Source of the DNA: Planctomycetia bacterium
GTDB lineage: Bacteria > Planctomycetota > Planctomycetia > Pirellulales > UBA7805
Length of the DNA: 53,516 nt
NCBI GenBank assembly: GCA_021413585.1
Contig: JAIOQB010000356.1
Coordinates: forward strand, 1 to 53,516
Reading direction: 5' to 3'
Every line of letters begins with the position of its first letter. The first letter of the stretch is position 1. The position numbers and the translations under genes are program-made. Shown piece by piece: positions 47,489 through 53,516 of this stretch. Below the pieces are notes generated by a model. That model was not told where the DNA came from. It ran no database searches and saw only the letters and a program-made list of their open reading frames with translations.

Positions 47489-49114
47489 TCAGGGTACGAT
47501 GCGTTCTCGCATGTAGTCAAATTGGCACAGGCTATAAAGCCACTTTCCATCACGGGAATAAGCCACCTGAGTGGGCTGATCAGTCCCCATCGACACCGAC
47601 AATCGCATCTGCCCAATGTAAATGCCGTCGGTTCCTGCGACCTTGGACTGCTTGACAAGCAGGTCCTGAAAGTCATGCGGCTCCGGCTGCTCCGTTTCAA
47701 AATTTCGGAAGCGAGTCGAATTCGAGGTCAGTACCATTTCGGCCCCGGACAAATTGACACTGCTCGGGGATTTCTTTGTCACGTTAGCGGGGGACTGGAC
47801 TATTTCCGGGGCGTCTGTGGCATGCACCAGGATCGGCGGCAGGACAATCACGCCGTCGTCCGAACCTGACCACTGCAAGCGGGTCTCAAACCTCTGGCGG
47901 GTCGGGGAATCGGGAGTCGCCACCGTCAATTGACCTTTGAACTGCAGGGCTGGTCCCAATGCCGGCTCATGCGGCTTCAATGGCACTACCGCGTCGGGCG
48001 GAAGCGGTTTGAAAGGTTCCGGGAACCGCTGCATTACGGCATCGTAATCGCCATGCGGCAGGAAATGAATTGCCAGTTGCGGCGACTTCAACGACTGATG
48101 GCCGGGATCGCTCACGTATACCGTAAATTCGTACGTAACCTTGCGCTGGTCGCCATCGACCACCCGGGCGGCTCCCCGAATCAGTTGCGGATCGAGAAGC
48201 ACGCCCAATTCGCTGGCTGGAATTCCTCGCACGACGTGCGAACGCTCGGACCGCTGTGGCGCACCAATCACGGCCGACCGTGTTGCGAATCTCTGCGGAT
48301 CGCCCCGCAGCGAATAACCAATGGGCTTCCCATCGCCGCGCACGATTAAGCCGCCTCCCGTGGGTGAGGATTCCGCGACTTGAAGTTCGAGCACGGCGCG
48401 ATTTCCACCGGTGCCGACGCGTGTGACGATACCCGGCACCGCCACCGCTTCGCTGCGCGGAGGAGAGTCCCCCAACCCATATTTTCGTCCCAGAACATGC
48501 GCGCTTTCAGTGACGAGAGGTTCCGCTTTGAGCAGTTCAACTGCCGGCGGCATTCCCGCGGCCGGTGCCGCCACCAGGCACGCCTGGCCGTCGAGGGCTG
48601 GCGCGAACAAAGTTCCCTCGACGGGCGCGGTCGGATCGTCTGGATTGCGATAGATTTGAACCGTGCGCCGCCCTGCCTCTTCGGGGCGAAGTTGTGCGCC
48701 GACGAGAATCGTGGCCCAGGCGTCATCTTTGTGCAGCACCAGGCCGCTAACGACGATGCGATTCCTTGCGAACTCAAAGGTGACAGCGACGAGCGACTTG
48801 GCAGCCGCCGTTTCGTTGGCTGTGCCCTGAGGCGCAGATCGCCCGCGAAGGAATTCGCGGTCTTGTTGGCTAAGCCGGACCAGGGGCACGGCAATTTCTC
48901 GCCCATCTGCCGGTCGCTTGAGAATCACCGTATCGGAGAGTACGCGCACCAACTCTCCCTGAAACTCAAAACTGCCGCTGGCATCTTTCCACAGCCGCGC
49001 CGCCGTGGGGGGCTCGGCAGCGGTTGCATCCACCGCCAGACCGCCAGCGCCACCAACCAGCAGCAACAAAGCGGAACACAATTTAAGTTGTGGAATGGCG
49101 CACCTACACATCAC
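47489..49114 (-). CDS. Secreted SHD1-domain protein with degenerate trypsin-like region, probably C-terminally truncated
   Basis: RLWKDASGSF...EIAVPLVRLSQQDREFL; GGGLIVRGDGKPIG; ends just after AYSRDGKWLY. Confidence 0.65.
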   Translation of the reverse strand: MMCRCAIPQLKLCSALLLLVGGAGGLAVDATAAEPPTAARLWKDASGSFEFQGELVRVLSDTVILKRPADGREIAVPLVRLSQQDREFLRGRSAPQGTANETAAAKSLVAVTFEFARNRIVVSGLVLHKDDAWATILVGAQLRPEEAGRRTVQIYRNPDDPTAPVEGTLFAPALDGQACLVAAPAAGMPPAVELLKAEPLVTESAHVLGRKYGLGDSPPRSEAVAVPGIVTRVGTGGNRAVLELQVAESSPTGGGLIVRGDGKPIGYSLRGDPQRFATRSAVIGAPQRSERSHVVRGIPASELGVLLDPQLIRGAARVVDGDQRKVTYEFTVYVSDPGHQSLKSPQLAIHFLPHGDYDAVMQRFPEPFKPLPPDAVVPLKPHEPALGPALQFKGQLTVATPDSPTRQRFETRLQWSGSDDGVIVLPPILVHATDAPEIVQSPANVTKKSPSSVNLSGAEMVLTSNSTRFRNFETEQPEPHDFQDLLVKQSKVAGTDGIYIGQMRLSVSMGTDQPTQVAYSRDGKWLYSLCQFDYMRERIVP

Positions 49115-49219
49115 GCTTGCCCCTCTTTTTTCGGCGAGTGCCGCCTGGAAATTTGGCGTGAGGAAAGTATCAGGAGAGTATACTCCCCTGCGTTATTGGA
49201 CACAATTACTGGTGCATGT

Positions 49220-49891
49220 CTACTGGAGCAAGGCGGCCTTCAGGGCGGCCAACTCGGCCTCCACGGCGACTTCCTCGCTTGTGCGCTCGCTCGCGGCGTA
49301 GGCGGCGAAGTCGGCGTGCCCCAGCTCGATCAGTGCGTCGGCATGGGCCTCCGCCAGTTCAACTTTCTCCTTCATCCGCTCGAAGTTGTCGAAGGCGCTG
49401 TTGTCGAGCGTGCAGTCGGCCGCGCCAACCTGCCGGCATTGCGAACGCGCGTCGGCCGCCCTTTTGCGAACGACCAGGATCGCCAACTGGCGTTTCGCGT
49501 CTTCGTACTGCGATTTCATTCCCTCGACCTGACGGCGGAGGGTCTGGCTCGCAGCCTGCGCGGCCGAGAGATCATCTTTCAGCGTCGCGGTCAGACTTTC
49601 GCAGTCATGCTTACGGGCCAGGGCCTTGCGGGCGAGCTTGTCGTCTCCAACGCGTACGGCCGTTTCGGCCCGCTGCTGCCAGGTGGCAATTTCACGCTCC
49701 TGCTCGCCGACCCTGCGGGTCAGCAGCTTTTCGGTGGCCACGGCGTTGGCAGCCAGGGCGGTCCCTTCGGAGATTTCCTGTTCCATTTCGCGGACCGCCT
49801 GCTGAAGCATCTTTTGCGGATTTTCGCACCGATCCACTGCGTCGTTCACGTTGGCGGCGACGATCGTGCCCAATCGCTTGAAAACACCCAT
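49220..49891 (-). CDS. pspA: PspA/IM30 family protein
   Basis: MGVFKRLGTIVAANVNDAVDRCENPQKMLQQAVREM...LARKAL...FERMKEKV...VEAELAALKA; GGAGG SD. Confidence 0.85.
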   Translation of the reverse strand: MGVFKRLGTIVAANVNDAVDRCENPQKMLQQAVREMEQEISEGTALAANAVATEKLLTRRVGEQEREIATWQQRAETAVRVGDDKLARKALARKHDCESLTATLKDDLSAAQAASQTLRRQVEGMKSQYEDAKRQLAILVVRKRAADARSQCRQVGAADCTLDNSAFDNFERMKEKVELAEAHADALIELGHADFAAYAASERTSEEVAVEAELAALKAALLQ

Positions 49892-50440
49892 TGCAAATCC
49901 TCCCGTGCGTAATGGTCTGGTTCGGCGAAGCCCGCCCCCACCGGGCCGGCCGCTGCATCTACCCCATTGATGTAGCGGCGGGAGGAGTTCGGTAGAGTCA
50001 AAATACGGCAATTCACCGTTTTCCTGGCCGAGGGCATGGAATTCGAGGCCATTCCACCTTGTGAGAATCCCCTTTTTCCTCCACGCCCAGTTTCGATCGA
50101 GCGGAGGAACTGATTCTCCTTGGAATCCTTGACGCTGGGGAATCTTTGACGCTGGCCGCCATAGCCCGGCGATTCGTGGTAAAAGACGGGATGCAATGGC
50201 TGGATTCGGCCCAACAAGGCCAACAGGGCCTACCGACGCCCCTTCAAGTTCACGTCTGCACGTCGTGTCACTTGTTCACGCCCCTTTCGGTTCGAGTTCA
50301 CCGACTCGATAATCTATCAGTAAGAAGCCTCCTTCTCGATGCTCAGCAGAAACCTTGAGCAATACACTGCCAGCAACGGCCAAAATCGACAGACAACTGC
50401 CAGTGCAGAATCCACTGAACACTGCGGGGAGCAATTTCTC

Positions 50441-52384
50441 ATGACAGCGCGCCTTTTTATATTACTATTCGCTCTGTTGCTGTTCTGCGGTCCGGCGTAC
50501 TCCGATGACGCCCTTGCGCCGGCGACAATGCAACTTTGCAAAAAAGCAACGGCCACCATCATCGGAAAACAACAACGAAGCATTGGCACTGCATTCTGCG
50601 TTGACGCGCGGGGTTGGTTTGTTTGTAACGCCGGCCTATTGGATAACGAGGTCGATCCAGTCACGTTACTACTCGAGCCTGCGGAATCCGGCCGACGAGC
50701 ATTAAAGGCTCGCGTTGTCCGCAGTTCCGCCACAGCGCAATTGGTATTGCTCGCTGTCGAGCACCCCGAGAATCTTGCTGAGCTTCCCCTGGCCCGTGCA
50801 GAGACAGTTACCGAGGGGGACCTTGTCTTCGCTTTGGGCTATCTGTTCGGCAGTGATGGTACGGTATTTAGCGCGGTGAGATCGCGGATTACGGCGGTGT
50901 TGGCAAGGACCGTCCAGCCGAATCTCATTGAGTTCGACACCAAATTGAATTCGGGTCATTCCGGCGGGCCGCTTGTCAATGCTCGTGGACAGGTAATCGG
51001 AGTGGCCAAGGGAACGAACGGCAGCGAACCTGACTGGGAACCAAGGAGACGGCAAATCACCAAGGCTATTTCTGTCGGCACGTTGAATGCATTTTTAAAG
51101 GAGCCGAGAATCGACGTCGTCTCGATAAAAGTCCCTTCGAGCGAAGAGCCACTCGAATTGCAATTCACGGTCAGCCAGGCCGACTCGCTTAAAATCAACG
51201 ATCTGCAGGTTTCGGTGGAATTGGGAGTGAATGATCGCAAGAAGGTGCATCAACTGTCACGACCCGTTGATGGAATTTACCGCCTGTCGGCGCCAGACGT
51301 GCAAAAGCGAAGCGGCGGGGCCATTGAGGGTTTTTACGAGATCATTATCCGCGATGGGGTATCGGTTATCGGTCAACTACGGGGCAATCTCGCGAGGTTG
51401 GGGGGCCTTTCGGTGTCCCGCGACCGCAATAATGGATTGCCATTGTTCTCGTCGGAGAAGGTAATTCGCGGAAAAACTCTTCACGAGATTCGCCACTTGC
51501 GAATTACCACCGATGAAATGGACCAGCTATTGCCGCTACCGGCCCAGCGGCGAGTTCTGGTACGGGGACGCAAAACAATCCGCCTGGTCGACACAGAAAC
51601 CAGTGCCGTGCTTAGCGTTCGCAGCGCAAGCGGAAACTTCAGCTCGATGGACGTTTCGCCTGACGGCAGAGTCGTCTACGTCCCTGACTATGGTTGGGAT
51701 CCGCTTAACGCCGGTGCGCACGTCAATAAGTACTACATCCATCGCTTTGACGTCCTGGCGGAACGATGGGAAGCAGTGTCGACGCCCAGGATCTCGCGTG
51801 TGAATCCCGTGGATGGTACACGGTATCTCTTTCAGGATAAGAACCCGTCGAACTTTGTCGTGCTGAGTGACTGGCCCCGCCATGGCGCAGCGACTCAAGA
51901 GTTGGCAAGCGCTCGCTGCAATTTCGCGGGCAATAGTATCTATGACCCATTTTCCGGACGCGTCCTATTCGCCAATTCCGCAATTAGACCGCCACGGCTA
52001 ATGGCGCTGCGCGTTACAGCCCAGGCCCTGGTCCCGAGTGAGAGTCTCTCCCGCGACGGCGAGCACATCGAAAACAATACTCTCGCTTTAAGCGCCGACG
52101 GCAAATATTGTTTTTTCGGGAAGCTTGAAGTAGATGCGCGCGACATCACTCGTCAGATAAGGACTTTTCCCAAGCGAGTCCATGCGGCTACAGCCGACCT
52201 GGCGTTCACGGAAGACGGCTATTACGACGTGGAAACGGGCAAACTAGTGAGCTATTGGCCCAATAACAATAGCTGGCGGCGATTAGAGTCGCCAAATCGA
52301 TTGAACATCGGGGTCAGCAGGTGCGGTGACCAGGTGGCGTTGGTAGGGAACAATGGTCTGATTCTATATGAGGTGCGGCCGTGA
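50441..52384 (+). CDS. Secreted trypsin-like (S1C) domain plus beta-propeller protein
   Basis: IGTAFCVD, VFALGY, NSGHSGGPLVNARGQVIGV; propeller motifs (DVSPDGRVVYV, LSADGKY). Confidence 0.75.
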   Translation: MTARLFILLFALLLFCGPAYSDDALAPATMQLCKKATATIIGKQQRSIGTAFCVDARGWFVCNAGLLDNEVDPVTLLLEPAESGRRALKARVVRSSATAQLVLLAVEHPENLAELPLARAETVTEGDLVFALGYLFGSDGTVFSAVRSRITAVLARTVQPNLIEFDTKLNSGHSGGPLVNARGQVIGVAKGTNGSEPDWEPRRRQITKAISVGTLNAFLKEPRIDVVSIKVPSSEEPLELQFTVSQADSLKINDLQVSVELGVNDRKKVHQLSRPVDGIYRLSAPDVQKRSGGAIEGFYEIIIRDGVSVIGQLRGNLARLGGLSVSRDRNNGLPLFSSEKVIRGKTLHEIRHLRITTDEMDQLLPLPAQRRVLVRGRKTIRLVDTETSAVLSVRSASGNFSSMDVSPDGRVVYVPDYGWDPLNAGAHVNKYYIHRFDVLAERWEAVSTPRISRVNPVDGTRYLFQDKNPSNFVVLSDWPRHGAATQELASARCNFAGNSIYDPFSGRVLFANSAIRPPRLMALRVTAQALVPSESLSRDGEHIENNTLALSADGKYCFFGKLEVDARDITRQIRTFPKRVHAATADLAFTEDGYYDVETGKLVSYWPNNNSWRRLESPNRLNIGVSRCGDQVALVGNNGLILYEVRP

Positions 52385-52517
52385 TCCCGAAGTCGATGAC
52401 GCTTGAACAGGTCCGGGGACAAGTCCCTCCACAACCCCCTCAAGAATGTCGCACAAAGTATCCGTGGAGGCGCACATCTACTGGATGCGGTTATCGCCAA
52501 CACGTCCACGGGGACCG

Positions 52518-53516
52518 CTATTCACGGGCCTGGTCGTAGTCCCAGACGATGATCGACTTGTCCTCGCCGCCCAGTGTGGCGAAGCGGCGCCCATCGGCGC
52601 TGGGGGCAATGCCCTGAATTGGGCCTCGGTGGCCGGGGATCGCCGCCAGTCGCGCGACCGTCCGGACGTCCCATAAATAGGCGTTTCCAACGACGCCGGC
52701 CCCGCCGACCGTCGCCAGAACCTCACCTCGACCTAAAAAGGCCAGGTGGCCCACAGACTCGCCGGGATGTGCGGTCAACGAGCTGATCTTTGTTCCATAT
52801 TGGACATTCCAGAACTCCAATTCGCCGAAATCGCCCCCCGCAGCCAGCGTCTGGCCATCCGGCGACAAGCACACGGAAGCGACGCGAGAGTTCGGGTTGG
52901 AACCTGCGTGCCGCAGGGCATGCTCAGCCTGAAGTCTCCTGTTGGCAATGCGGCAGACCACAATATCCGAACCTCGCGTCGCTGCGATTCGCATTCCTTG
53001 GGAGGCCATGGCATTACGTTTCCAATCCGCGCGGGAAGATTGCCCAATTCCAACTGTCAGCGGCGAGTCCACGTTCCACAGTCTGATTCGGTCGCTTTGA
53101 TCCAAGGAGACAAGCGTCTTGCCGTCTGAGAGCAGCGCCAAATCATTCACACTCCCCTCATGGTTGCCTAGGACGCCCAGCTCGGCTCCGGAGGATGTGT
53201 CCCAAACTCGCACCGTACCGTCATCCGCTGCGGACAACATCCGCTTTTCGTCGGGTGTGAAGCAAATGGCATTGATTGACATGGATGCTTTCGCGGAGTC
53301 CCGGTGTCCCAGCAGTGTCTTGACGTCCACGACCGTAAGCCCTGGCGCGACAGGGTCACCCCCCTGGATGGGCTTCAATGTCCACAGAAGAATTCGCCTT
53401 CCCACTGCCGCTGCAACCAGGTTGCCCCGGGGCGACAGAGCAACGAGGTTTAAATAACTGTTTCCTGGAACTGGCCCGAGTCGCAGTTGTCTTTGATGTC
53501 GGCGAAGGCCCGCACG
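52518..53516 (-). CDS. WD40-repeat protein (5' part outside the window)
   Basis: GH...SAADDGTVRVWD, IRLWN, GHRGPI...DKSIIVWD; frame stays open to the window edge. Confidence 0.85.
   Translation of the reverse strand, partial: RAGLRRHQRQLRLGPVPGNSYLNLVALSPRGNLVAAAVGRRILLWTLKPIQGGDPVAPGLTVVDVKTLLGHRDSAKASMSINAICFTPDEKRMLSAADDGTVRVWDTSSGAELGVLGNHEGSVNDLALLSDGKTLVSLDQSDRIRLWNVDSPLTVGIGQSSRADWKRNAMASQGMRIAATRGSDIVVCRIANRRLQAEHALRHAGSNPNSRVASVCLSPDGQTLAAGGDFGELEFWNVQYGTKISSLTAHPGESVGHLAFLGRGEVLATVGGAGVVGNAYLWDVRTVARLAAIPGHRGPIQGIAPSADGRRFATLGGEDKSIIVWDYDQARE

Overview
GC-rich bacterial chromosome segment whose gene content points to Planctomycetota (Pirellulales-like): prepilin/DUF1559-type, PEP-CTERM, SHD1 and ECF sigma-FecR genes. 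Bases 1-20 kb look like core genome: hslVU, a Zn/Cd P1B-ATPase, an isochorismatase-like hydrolase, a class-V aminotransferase, a divergent pair of an ATP-grasp ligase and a repeat-tailed Tat protein, a BON protein, a TPR-exbB-exbD-(alpha/alpha)6 operon, three tatA-like genes and tRNA-Val(CAC). A ~10-kb phage-satellite-like element sits in the tRNA 3' end (22-bp direct repeat at 20042-20063 and 30075-30096). It encodes an integrase, an excisionase-like HTH, an AAA helicase and a tape-measure-like protein, but no recognisable capsid, portal or terminase. The att core lies inside the integrase frame, so excision would swap the integrase C-terminus, and a hairpin RNA at the far end has a loop complementary to the integrase RBS. 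Beyond attR lie remnants of an older island (deleted integrase, a MITE with target duplication), two tandem ECF sigma-FecR-PEP-CTERM modules each preceded by a conserved ~155-bp non-coding element, and a cluster of secreted SHD1, TPR, trypsin-like and WD40 proteins. The strongest novelty candidates are (1) a graspetide-like crosslinkable repeat tail on a Tat-exported protein and (2) the satellite with a lone tape-measure gene and recombination-coupled integrase control. All assignments come from motif recognition by eye; no searches were run.
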